This document shows positions 17,515 to 26,628 of a stretch of 64,000 nucleotides of DNA, one piece after another. The position numbers were made by a program, and so were the translations under genes. Origin of the DNA: a virus; the IMG/VR virus record IMGVR_UViG_3300008262_000040, one strand, 5' to 3'. Position 1 is the stretch's first letter. Each line of letters opens with the position of its first letter. The notes under the pieces are model-generated. The model was not told the origin of the DNA. It saw only the letters and a list, made by a program, of their open reading frames with translations, and did not search any database.

Positions 17515-18351
17515 TTAATAAGGTGGTTGTAATTGATTAAAATTGTAATTAGTCTTGTGTAAGTGTATATATTTGTTATGCTTATCATACAAGTTATTAT
17601 CCACCAACCAAGCGTTGTTTAGAATAGGCACGCTCTTACCGTCCATATCTAATCCATTTGAAACATAAGGAAAATAACCAAGCCTAGATACTAAGAAAGG
17701 AAATACGCCTTCAAAATAATAACGATCTAATTTTGTGTTAAACCAATAGTCTGTAATTAATTCGAAGAAATAATTTACTATATGACCCTTAATTGCGTAT
17801 ATAGAATGTATATAAAAAAAATAAGCGTGGGTGTAAGGTAATTCTTTAGTTATATAGTTTTGAAATAATGGCACTTCTGTATCTTTTTCTTGATAATCTT
17901 TATTAGGATCATAAGCCAAACTTAACATACCATAAGATCCTATCTCTTTATTTTCAAATAAGAACTTTTCTACATTTAATTTATTTGATAGAAAATTATC
18001 AATATACCAAACCCTTAAATAATTACTGTGATTGTTAACAACGCCTTTAGTATGTACGAACCAACACATTTCGTATCTATTTCCAGAATCTCTTAAAAGT
18101 TTTAAAGCTATTTGATAGGCTGATGCGTCACTGTGAGAATAAAGCGAATGTGTGACTCTTGACATGCCTACTATATTCAAGTCATACTCTTGTATAATTT
18201 CTTCTACCAAAAGAACAGAATCTGCATTTATGCCTATAAAAAAGTCGCAATCAAAAAAATCTTTTTTAAACTCTATTAAAAATTCACGTAACGCATTTAG
18301 CCTATCTTCAGATAAAACTGTACACGAAAATATAACGCAACTTTTTTTCAA
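17515..18351 (-). CDS. Putative glycan-modifying protein (HTKG motif; rhamnan-synthesis-like)
   Basis: WFVHTKG...RYYFE; context within the glycan island. Confidence 0.5.
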   Translation of the reverse strand: MKKSCVIFSCTVLSEDRLNALREFLIEFKKDFFDCDFFIGINADSVLLVEEIIQEYDLNIVGMSRVTHSLYSHSDASAYQIALKLLRDSGNRYEMCWFVHTKGVVNNHSNYLRVWYIDNFLSNKLNVEKFLFENKEIGSYGMLSLAYDPNKDYQEKDTEVPLFQNYITKELPYTHAYFFYIHSIYAIKGHIVNYFFELITDYWFNTKLDRYYFEGVFPFLVSRLGYFPYVSNGLDMDGKSVPILNNAWLVDNNLYDKHNKYIHLHKTNYNFNQLQPPY

Positions 18352-18354
18352 TGT

Positions 18355-18969
18355 TTATTTTTTAATTATAAAAGCTATAGGAGAAACCGAACCTTGTTCT
18401 ATATTGATAGATTCTATATTGTTTAATAAATAATCAATTTCACTGTCTATCATACAATTGCTATGTATTTTATTAGTGCTATTATATTCTTGTAGCATCA
18501 ATAATGTATCTGTATCCCCTGGTCTGGTGTAATGAGGATTTCCTGATGTGTGCAAATCTTCTATTACAAAAACGCCGCCTGATTTAAGATACTTAAACAT
18601 AGTGCCCAATGTAATTTGCTGTTGATGCATCATATGTCCTCCATCATCGATGATAATATCGTACTGGTTATAAGTTCTTTTTACTAAGCTCTCTAATTCA
18701 TCTCTGCTTGATTGATCGCATATGTGAATCTGAGTATTGTGTAATTTTATATGAGATAAATCTAAAATGTCAGCTCCTACTAAATTTCCCACATTAAAAT
18801 ACTCTCTCCACATTTTTATACTTTCGCCTTTCCATAATCCAATTTCTAAAAAATTATCTAGAGTATTTCTATACTTACTAAAATACTTTTCGTAGATACT
18901 TAAATAACCATGATAAACGTTACCTTTATCAGATTCATAATTCAAACTAATTTCTTCTAAACTTTTCAT
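18355..18969 (-). CDS. Class I SAM-dependent (sugar O-)methyltransferase
   Basis: LEIGL..G.S, DIIIDDGGH, GGVFVIEDL. Confidence 0.85.
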   Translation of the reverse strand: MKSLEEISLNYESDKGNVYHGYLSIYEKYFSKYRNTLDNFLEIGLWKGESIKMWREYFNVGNLVGADILDLSHIKLHNTQIHICDQSSRDELESLVKRTYNQYDIIIDDGGHMMHQQQITLGTMFKYLKSGGVFVIEDLHTSGNPHYTRPGDTDTLLMLQEYNSTNKIHSNCMIDSEIDYLLNNIESINIEQGSVSPIAFIIKK

Positions 18970-19751
18970 AAATTAAAATTGTATATTGATTGTATTCCTA
19001 ATCCCAAATACCGCTTTGAGATTTTGTCTAATGTATATCCGCAAGCTTTATCATGTTCGTATTGGTGTGGATAGTGATAATTTTTAAATAAAGGTCCTTT
19101 TGGCATCAATCTAATTTCTTGACTGCGTAACAACCATTCACCGTACCAAGTAAACTCCGATCCATTCACGTTTATAATATCAGCAAACGTTATATTGTTT
19201 GGTATTAGATAATTGTCCTCTAGACTTTTCCACACTTTAGAAGACCATATTGTTGGACCTGGACCAAAATCGTATATCGCGCCTTCTCTACCGAATAATT
19301 CCATTATCTCTAACCTTTCTTTAGAAAAAGATTCATAAGGATCAAAATCAAGCGGATACTTATCCATAAATTCAAAAAAAGATTTATATTCATGACACAC
19401 TGTATACGGTGTTTTTTCATCAAACATAAAGTCTTTTATGCTAAAGTTTTTTATAAAAAAACAATCTGAGTCTATACACAGATAGTTCTCACAAAAACCC
19501 AATTTCCAAAATTGACTCTTGACTATCTGCTGTCCTTTCCACCCTTGATTGGTCGTGTCTATCTCTTCGTCTTCTAATAACACATAATTGTCAGTTCCTA
19601 AAACGCTTTCAAATAAATTTATATCAGATTTAGGAACAGATATATAAAACGGTATATTATCAGAGTTATATTTACGTATGCTTAATAATAAATCTTTAGC
19701 TCTATAAACGTCTTTATGATAACTCTTGCAATAAATTACAAAGTTATTCAT
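18966..19751 (-). CDS. DUF6492-like nucleotide-diphospho-sugar transferase fold protein
   Basis: GWKGQQIVK, YLCIDSD, SEFTWYGEW. Confidence 0.65.
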   Translation of the reverse strand: MNNFVIYCKSYHKDVYRAKDLLLSIRKYNSDNIPFYISVPKSDINLFESVLGTDNYVLLEDEEIDTTNQGWKGQQIVKSQFWKLGFCENYLCIDSDCFFIKNFSIKDFMFDEKTPYTVCHEYKSFFEFMDKYPLDFDPYESFSKERLEIMELFGREGAIYDFGPGPTIWSSKVWKSLEDNYLIPNNITFADIINVNGSEFTWYGEWLLRSQEIRLMPKGPLFKNYHYPHQYEHDKACGYTLDKISKRYLGLGIQSIYNFNL

Positions 19752-20376
19752 AGTAAGTTACAATTTTATAAGATTCTACAAAGCCTTTACCCTTTTTCAT
19801 ACATTGGAAATTTGTATGAAATCCGTCTATTACGCTGTCATTGAAATATGGTTTAGATATTTGTGATTTGAATCCTTTTATCATTCTTTTCTTAGTATCA
19901 TATACGTCGTCAATAGATATAAATAGATTTGGTATCCACGCGTCTAATGTTGAAGGGGATTTATATTGTATTATGCTATAAGTACTTATTCTGGATAGTG
20001 GAGCAGCTAAAGACGCAACAATAACATGTTCGTGATGACTATCAAACTCTGATGTGGTCATTACGCATTGATAAGCATGCTTGTGAGTATAATTCTCTTC
20101 TATATATTTTATCCACTCTTCTAATCCTCTATTTCTAAATACAGCAGTGTCGCTAAAATACAAGGTGTAATTGTTGGCATCACTCTGTAACCAAGCATTT
20201 ACGACCTCTTTATGTCTAGCTTCGCTTGTTGTTACGTCGCAGTAACCGCCCTGTGTTAAACACAGTATGTCAAAGTGCGTTTTTGGATATTTTAAAACGA
20301 CACCGGCCATGCTGTACTCTGCGTCATCTGGATGTGGAGCTAAACAAAGTACTCTGTCAAAGTTTAAAAATTTCAT
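19744..20376 (-). CDS. PIG-L/LmbE-family N-deacetylase
   Basis: APHPDDAE, DSHHEH, HxSQ-like KSQ. Confidence 0.85.
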   Translation of the reverse strand: MKFLNFDRVLCLAPHPDDAEYSMAGVVLKYPKTHFDILCLTQGGYCDVTTSEARHKEVVNAWLQSDANNYTLYFSDTAVFRNRGLEEWIKYIEENYTHKHAYQCVMTTSEFDSHHEHVIVASLAAPLSRISTYSIIQYKSPSTLDAWIPNLFISIDDVYDTKKRMIKGFKSQISKPYFNDSVIDGFHTNFQCMKKGKGFVESYKIVTYYE

Positions 20377-21233
20377 AATTTTCTTTTTAAGTTGAATATA
20401 AATCCATGAGGAGCAAAAACCCTAATACCATATCTTCTAACAAAATCTCTAAAAGCGTCAGATATGGCGTCGTGTTCGCCTTCATATGTTAAATCTACAA
20501 CATTTATCCTTAAATTATTAATTTTTATTATTGGTAATTCTGATTCTATAGTAAATGAATCTACTTCATAATAATTCATTAATTCTTTAAAATCATTTAT
20601 TATGTCTGACACGATTTCTTTTTGTCTGCTTGGAGTTGGGGTTTCTATCATCTTAACAAATTTAGCTGGAGATCCAACATAAATGGCTTTTTCTGTTGTT
20701 AAAGACTTAACTACAGTAGACTGAGCGCCTATCACTACATTATCTGCTATTTCTACACCGCTCATAATAACGGTTTTCCACCCAACAATTACATTGTTTC
20801 CTATTTTTATTTCTTTAAATGCTCTGGGATATCCCTCTAATACAGACGCCCAAAATCCGTGAGTGATTAAATCTACATCGTGAGACAATCCAACATCATC
20901 GCCTATTGTTACGGGATTTGCTAAGTTTATGTGACCTGTGTGGCAAACAGCCCTATGCCCTATTTTTAATTTAGAAAATGGAAAATTGGATGCGCCTCCA
21001 CCTATAAACATTCCACGAGAATCCGTTGGAACATTAAAGAAATAATCTCCGATAATTATCTCTTCTGCGTTTGCTTTGAATCTATCGCCTATTGTTCCGT
21101 TATCTCCTATTTCAAATCTGCCTTTAACCCTAATATCTATGTCCCTACCCAACTTTAGGTTTTTACCTAAAACCAATTCGTTGGCTTCTATGTATACGTT
21201 TCTTTCTTTGTCTTGATACACTGTTTTCTTCAT
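20373..21233 (-). CDS. Left-handed beta-helix (hexapeptide) acyltransferase
   Basis: IKIGNNVIVG...VEIADNVVIGAQSTVVK...GSPAK. Confidence 0.85.
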   Translation of the reverse strand: MKKTVYQDKERNVYIEANELVLGKNLKLGRDIDIRVKGRFEIGDNGTIGDRFKANAEEIIIGDYFFNVPTDSRGMFIGGGASNFPFSKLKIGHRAVCHTGHINLANPVTIGDDVGLSHDVDLITHGFWASVLEGYPRAFKEIKIGNNVIVGWKTVIMSGVEIADNVVIGAQSTVVKSLTTEKAIYVGSPAKFVKMIETPTPSRQKEIVSDIINDFKELMNYYEVDSFTIESELPIIKINNLRINVVDLTYEGEHDAISDAFRDFVRRYGIRVFAPHGFIFNLKRKL

Positions 21234-21880
21234 ATTATACCTCCGCTTATATTGATATTTTGACCGGTTATGTAAGGTGATTTAATTAAATACTGTACCG
21301 TATTATACAGTTCTTCTATAGTACCCCATCTTTTTGCAGGTATGTTATTTTTAATAGACTCTCTAAAAGATTCAGGAATTTTATAAGTTAAACCTCCATC
21401 AAAATACCCCAATTGTAAACTATTACAAGATATGTTTTTGTTTGCATTTTCTATAGCAACAGTTTTTACTAAACTATCAACAAAACCTTTACAACCGGCA
21501 TATATGGATGTGCTAATAACTGGATGATCTGCCAATAGAGATGATGCAAGAATAATGCGACCGAATTGTTTTTCTCTCATCTTAGATATACAACACGATA
21601 CTATATTAATAGTCCCTTTTACGTTAATGTCTATTTGTTTTTCTATTTCAGAGTAATTACTTTTATCATACTTGTGTATAAAAGAATCGTAGTTGTATCC
21701 ACTCAAGTTAATTACTACGTCTATATCATTAGTATCAAAAAAGTTTTGTACCTCTAAATACTTTGTTACGTCTACTAGTTTTGAACCTATGTTTATAACA
21801 TTGTATTCATTTTGTAAATAGTTCGAACTTAGTTGACTTCCTAATCCACCAGTTCCTCCGAATAATGCTATTGTTTTCAT
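21230..21880 (-). CDS. SDR oxidoreductase, FabG-like
   Basis: GGTGGLG, YAGCK (YxxxK), IPAKRWG, ITGQNINISGG. Confidence 0.85.
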   Translation of the reverse strand: MKTIALFGGTGGLGSQLSSNYLQNEYNVINIGSKLVDVTKYLEVQNFFDTNDIDVVINLSGYNYDSFIHKYDKSNYSEIEKQIDINVKGTINIVSCCISKMREKQFGRIILASSLLADHPVISTSIYAGCKGFVDSLVKTVAIENANKNISCNSLQLGYFDGGLTYKIPESFRESIKNNIPAKRWGTIEELYNTVQYLIKSPYITGQNINISGGII

Positions 21881-21881
21881 A

Positions 21882-22544
21882 TTATAATTTATTTAAAAAA
21901 ACTGAACAAAAATCATCGCTTGGAATAACAAAATCTTTTCCAAAAAACTGTCTAATATTTTCATAATATTTTTGTTTGTCTTCAAAAAAAGGAGGATGCA
22001 GACTTATGTGTTTTGGAACATTAATAGACTTTAATATTTCATCTTTTAATAATTCTGATTCATAACCTTCTATATCAATTTTTATCACAGATATATTATT
22101 TTCGTTTAATTGATATGTTTTTAATATCTCTTCAAAAGATATAGTTTCGCATCGAATAGAGTTTTGTGTTTTAGTATAACTAGATCCTCCGCCGCCTAAT
22201 TGCGTATTACCTATGTTTATAAAATCTTCACTAGACACAGCCTTATTAATAGCTATAATGTTTTTAAAATTGTTTAGTTTAATATTTTCTACTAAAAAAT
22301 GGTAAGCGATTGGATCTGGCTCGAAACAAATGCATTGTTTAGACAATTTTTGAGCAATTAAAGATATGGGACCTTGCCAAGATCCTATGTCCAAAAATGT
22401 CTTGTTTACGTCTAAGTGAGGTAGTATATCTCTATAAGTGTCTTCTTCCCAATTATAGTAATACTGCTTCCAGAATATATCTAATTCTGAGTCTGTTTGA
22501 TCTACTACGCTGAAATCTACTCCGAATCTTGAAAAATTTATCAT
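21882..22544 (-). CDS. FkbM-family methyltransferase
   Basis: FLDIGSWQG, FEPDP, IKIDIEGYE. Confidence 0.85.
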   Translation of the reverse strand: MINFSRFGVDFSVVDQTDSELDIFWKQYYYNWEEDTYRDILPHLDVNKTFLDIGSWQGPISLIAQKLSKQCICFEPDPIAYHFLVENIKLNNFKNIIAINKAVSSEDFINIGNTQLGGGGSSYTKTQNSIRCETISFEEILKTYQLNENNISVIKIDIEGYESELLKDEILKSINVPKHISLHPPFFEDKQKYYENIRQFFGKDFVIPSDDFCSVFLNKL

Positions 22545-22550
22545 ATATTT

Positions 22551-23237
22551 TTATTTTATTTCTACTTTTGAAGACCAATTACTGCTTTGTTTATTCATAT
22601 GACTTAAATAATGCTTCTCGTCTTCTGGAAGATTATTGGGATCATAATAAAACGGGGCGTGTTTTACAATATATGGAATTCCAACCCTAAGAGTGTTATC
22701 ACTCCATATTGGCAAAGTATTTGGTGCGTGAACCGCAAAAGTTGTATCTATTGGATGAGGATAAAGTTCTATACCGCTATCATCTATCCCGTTTGTCCAA
22801 TACGTTGATTCATAAGAATGTACCCAAGCATTTAAAGGATAACTCAAATCTATATCATCTATTTTTATAGACATACCGACTTTAGTTCTATTATACTTTT
22901 TTGCATAATATATTAGATCATCAATAAACGTATCTGGAACTGTCTCTAAGGGTATTATATCGCTATCGTTAAAAACGTACCAGTCTTTTATAATATCACA
23001 AAACTTCGTATGTCCAATCGATATCAAATCCTTAAACGCTTGATTACTGTTTGCTGTAACACTGTTATAGAACACATCTAAATTGCATTCTTTATACCAA
23101 TCTAATAAAGGTTGATATGAGGATTGATTATCAATTATAGTAATGTTATTATACCCCTTGCTAATTAGTACTTCAACCTGTTCTTTTAATGGATAGAATC
23201 TATCTCTATTTAATATAACTATTTTTGTCTGTTTCAT
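22551..23237 (-). CDS. Glycosyltransferase, family 2-like
   Basis: IIDNQSSY, NDSDI, IDTTFA. Confidence 0.7.
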   Translation of the reverse strand: MKQTKIVILNRDRFYPLKEQVEVLISKGYNNITIIDNQSSYQPLLDWYKECNLDVFYNSVTANSNQAFKDLISIGHTKFCDIIKDWYVFNDSDIIPLETVPDTFIDDLIYYAKKYNRTKVGMSIKIDDIDLSYPLNAWVHSYESTYWTNGIDDSGIELYPHPIDTTFAVHAPNTLPIWSDNTLRVGIPYIVKHAPFYYDPNNLPEDEKHYLSHMNKQSSNWSSKVEIK

Positions 23238-23243
23238 ACCGTA

Positions 23244-24176
23244 TTATTTTTCCCATTTAATAACGCCAGCTCCCCAAGTCCAACCAGATCCAACAGAACA
23301 TAGAATAAGCAAGTCACCGTTATGTATTTTACCTGACTTAACAGCGTCGTCTAAAGCTATTGGTATTGAAGCTGCGGCAGTGTTGGCATATTTGTCCATC
23401 ACTGTTATTACTTTATCAAAGGGATATTGTAAAGTTTCAGCAATAGATTGCAACATTTTTATACCAGGTTGGTGTGGTATTATGTGTTTAATGTCATGTA
23501 TGTTTACTTTTAACTTATCAAGTACTTCATTTATAGCTATTGGTAACTTAGTAGATCCAGCTCTAAAAACTTCTTTACCATTCATTATAAAAGTTGAATT
23601 TATTGGAGTGACAAATCCATCTTTTCCAGTTGGATCAGAGTGTATCTTTGTAGATAACCAACCAGTTTTGGATTTTGATAAAACTACAGCTCCAGCTCCG
23701 TCGCCAAAATAAACGCAATCTCTATGATTTTTATCTGTAATTGTAGAATATGTTTCAGAAGCGACTAATAATATATTATTGTATTCCCCGGATTCTATTA
23801 AAGATGTTGATAGATTTAGTGCATATAAAAATCCTGTACATACTGCATTTATATCGAAGCACGGACAACTTATATTTAATTTTTCTCCAATTATACAAGC
23901 TGTTGATGGAGCTATTTTATCAGGACTAGATGTTGCTAAAATCAATAAATCAATATCTTTTAAATCAATATTAGCATCTTCTACGGCTTTAATTGCAGCT
24001 TTGTAACCCAAATCAGATGTTAATTCTTCTGTTACCCAACGCCTTTCTTTAATTCCTAAATGAGTTTCTGGCCAAGTTTCATTTACCCCGAATTTTTCGC
24101 TTAACAATTTATTTGTAATAATAGTAGAAGGCACATAAGAGCCAATTCCCTTTATTGATACTTTGTATTTTTTCAT
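23244..24176 (-). CDS. fabH: 3-oxoacyl-ACP synthase III (KAS III)
   Basis: Cys-His-Asn triad: AVCTGF, IPHQPG, YANTAAASIP; FGDGAGA. Confidence 0.9.
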   Translation of the reverse strand: MKKYKVSIKGIGSYVPSTIITNKLLSEKFGVNETWPETHLGIKERRWVTEELTSDLGYKAAIKAVEDANIDLKDIDLLILATSSPDKIAPSTACIIGEKLNISCPCFDINAVCTGFLYALNLSTSLIESGEYNNILLVASETYSTITDKNHRDCVYFGDGAGAVVLSKSKTGWLSTKIHSDPTGKDGFVTPINSTFIMNGKEVFRAGSTKLPIAINEVLDKLKVNIHDIKHIIPHQPGIKMLQSIAETLQYPFDKVITVMDKYANTAAASIPIALDDAVKSGKIHNGDLLILCSVGSGWTWGAGVIKWEK

Positions 24177-24187
24177 AAAGTTCTAAA

Positions 24188-25021
24188 TTACATTATAACT
24201 CCGTATTCGTCAAACTGAGGAAGTCTTCCCCATTTTTTTATCCACTCTTTTATGTTTTTCTCTTCTGACAATCTTTGGCGTTCTGATGTTTTTCCATCGT
24301 TTTCTTCTAACCTGTGACTACCTCTGGCTCCAAAGTGCCAAACTAGAGATTTACTTGTTAATACAAACTTATACCCTTCGTTGCGCATTCTAAGGAATAA
24401 ATCCATGTCTTCCCAACTAGTGGGCGCAAATCTACCATCGTTACCTCCTATCCTATCCCAATGTTCTTTTTTTATGAGTCCACTAACCCCTTCAGTTTTT
24501 GGTATAGTAAAATCGTTGTCTCTAACGAACTCTGCAGCCCATCTTTCAAACAAACAATACTCAAAATCGTCGTAATAGGCTCCGAATATGTCTTTTGGAA
24601 CTATGACAGTACCGTAACGCTGTGGGCTTCCAAACATGTCGGGTTCAACTCTGTGACTAAACACCCAAACTGGATCACTATGTTTCAATATCTCATCGTA
24701 ACAAGCTTTGTCCCAGTCTTTGGTTACGTAAAAGTCTGAGTGGAGAAACATTATGTATTCGGTAGTAACTCCCTCTGCGCAGAAGTTCATACCGCCTCCT
24801 ATTCCCACTGGGTTGTTATTGTGGTCTATGTAAACTTCTAATCTATAATCATCTTTGTTATCTACTAACCACTTGTCCGTACCGTCTGTACAATTCTCTG
24901 CGTGAACTATGAAAGGCGCGTCTTTATAAAAGCTATTTTTTCTAACAGAGTCTATCGCTAACTTCAAATAATTTAAGTTATTGTAAGTAGAAATGCAAAA
25001 AGTTAATGGACTTGTATTCAC
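24188..25021 (-). CDS. Glycosyltransferase, family 2
   Basis: TFCISTYNN, FLHSDF, WEDMDLFLR. Confidence 0.85.
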   Translation of the reverse strand: MNTSPLTFCISTYNNLNYLKLAIDSVRKNSFYKDAPFIVHAENCTDGTDKWLVDNKDDYRLEVYIDHNNNPVGIGGGMNFCAEGVTTEYIMFLHSDFYVTKDWDKACYDEILKHSDPVWVFSHRVEPDMFGSPQRYGTVIVPKDIFGAYYDDFEYCLFERWAAEFVRDNDFTIPKTEGVSGLIKKEHWDRIGGNDGRFAPTSWEDMDLFLRMRNEGYKFVLTSKSLVWHFGARGSHRLEENDGKTSERQRLSEEKNIKEWIKKWGRLPQFDEYGVIM

Positions 25022-25029
25022 GTTTTAAA

Positions 25030-25284
25030 TTATAAACTGTTTAAATCTAAATCAGAGTTATTTGTCTTTACAATCAAATCTACGAGTGTACTAATTTGTG
25101 TGCTTTTCAACACTTTATTAGACGACGGATTGCTCCAATAGCTATTATATTCTTCTCTAGGAATAGCATTCCACACTCTATTTATTGGATTGAAATGAAA
25201 AACCCAATTAAATAAGCAATCCCTTTCGTTTGATTCTGGATAAGAATTCTCGTTGTCTTGATAAGTCTCTTGTTTTTTTCTCAT
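25030..25284 (-). CDS. Hypothetical protein
   Basis: ORF track; WVFHFNP...WNAIPR. Confidence 0.65.
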   Translation of the reverse strand: MRKKQETYQDNENSYPESNERDCLFNWVFHFNPINRVWNAIPREEYNSYWSNPSSNKVLKSTQISTLVDLIVKTNNSDLDLNSL

Positions 25285-25922
25285 ACCTTATACTTTGTTT
25301 TACCGTTCTGTTCTATTTTACTGTACAGATTGTTTTGATCTATCTGTCTGTCTAATTTCTTTGGGTGTAAGATGCAGTATGGCTCTTCTGCTGGTAGATT
25401 AACTACTACTTTAGCTCCCACTATTCTTGAATGCAATAGACCGTCCCACTTTATAGACTCGTGATTTCTATACAACCTCATTTGCCAATCTGGAAAGTTG
25501 ACCCACCCTTGATCATTAACCTGCCATCCCCATTTTTTTACCCACTCTTCTGTTAACCCCTCTACTGTGTTTATTCTGGGCATTACGAACAGATCTATTG
25601 ATGGATTGTCTTCGAGTATTGTTGGTAAGTTATCTATAAGCTCATTTGAAATCAACTCGTCTGCATCCAACTGAAGTATGTAATCGCCTTTACACTTGCT
25701 GTTTAAGTAGTTCTTTGAAGTGTGATCTCCGTCGAAAGTTCTATAATGTAAGTTTATCTGCGTCTGATACTTTCGTAGTATGTGTTTGGTCAGTTCATCG
25801 TCTGAATAATCGTCAACTACCACTATCTCGTCTTGTGGTCTCTTGTTGTACGTTAAGAACTGCAGGAGAGTCTCTACGTACTCTCCCTCGTTGTGTGTTA
25901 GTATTGCGTAACTTATATTCAT
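25281..25922 (-). CDS. Glycosyltransferase, family 2
   Basis: ISYAILTHNE, VVDDYS, QLDADE, PDWQMRLYRN. Confidence 0.9.
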   Translation of the reverse strand: MNISYAILTHNEGEYVETLLQFLTYNKRPQDEIVVVDDYSDDELTKHILRKYQTQINLHYRTFDGDHTSKNYLNSKCKGDYILQLDADELISNELIDNLPTILEDNPSIDLFVMPRINTVEGLTEEWVKKWGWQVNDQGWVNFPDWQMRLYRNHESIKWDGLLHSRIVGAKVVVNLPAEEPYCILHPKKLDRQIDQNNLYSKIEQNGKTKYKV

Positions 25923-25927
25923 AATAA

Positions 25928-26380
25928 TTAAAAATCTATGCCAATGTGCTCTAATGCGCTCAGGTAATCGTTTCCGAAGTCCTTTAAACTTGTTGAATCT
26001 GATTTGTGAGTCTTCCCTTTAAATACTGGTTTTTGTTTTTCTTCTTCTGTTAGTTCTACGTTTTTTATAGCCGACCATCTTGAGTCATCTTTGTTTGTAC
26101 CGTTCATGAATACAGTGCCCTTTTCCTGTACGTTTACGACAGACGGATACCAAACTCTTCCTTCTGCATCTACCCTCTTCATGTCTTTATACAACTCGGG
26201 CATTTCCATTTCATATGACTCGACGTCGTACTCTCCTTCTTTCATTAGATCGCTTGATTGATAACCGCAACCTAAACACAGATAAGAATTCTTTGTTTCG
26301 TTTATCTTTATTGAATAACATCCAGCCTTTTCTCCGCAAAGAGGACAATCTATAAGTTTATCGTTATTTGGGTTAATCAT
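25928..26380 (-). CDS. Zinc-ribbon hypothetical protein
   Basis: CPLC...CLGCG. Confidence 0.7.
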   Translation of the reverse strand: MINPNNDKLIDCPLCGEKAGCYSIKINETKNSYLCLGCGYQSSDLMKEGEYDVESYEMEMPELYKDMKRVDAEGRVWYPSVVNVQEKGTVFMNGTNKDDSRWSAIKNVELTEEEKQKPVFKGKTHKSDSTSLKDFGNDYLSALEHIGIDF

Positions 26381-26627
26381 TTAACAATTCTTTTTTTGGG
26401 GTTTGATGAAGTACACGTTCTGTTTGCCAATAGTTTTTAGGTACGTCAATTGTTCCTATGTCAAAAACGCCTTTACTTTCTTTATCAAATATACCTTTTT
26501 TTATTGAATTAGTATCAACTTTATTTAGAGTGTCTACTAGTTCGTCCCACTGTGCTGGTGTTGGTAAGTAGGAATTGCAAGCAGTTACAAAGCCTTTTAA
26601 CCATATCACAAATTCTTTTTCGTTCAT
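26373..26627 (-). CDS. Hypothetical protein
   Basis: ORF track; EFVIWLKGF. Confidence 0.65.
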   Translation of the reverse strand: MNEKEFVIWLKGFVTACNSYLPTPAQWDELVDTLNKVDTNSIKKGIFDKESKGVFDIGTIDVPKNYWQTERVLHQTPKKELLND

Positions 26628-26628
26628 G

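Noticed and set aside
15566-25021. Host LPS/capsule locus or prophage boundary
   Set aside because: No wzx/wzy, transporter, nucleotide-sugar synthesis genes, integrase or att-like site; flanked and interspersed by phage-type genes in one orientation.
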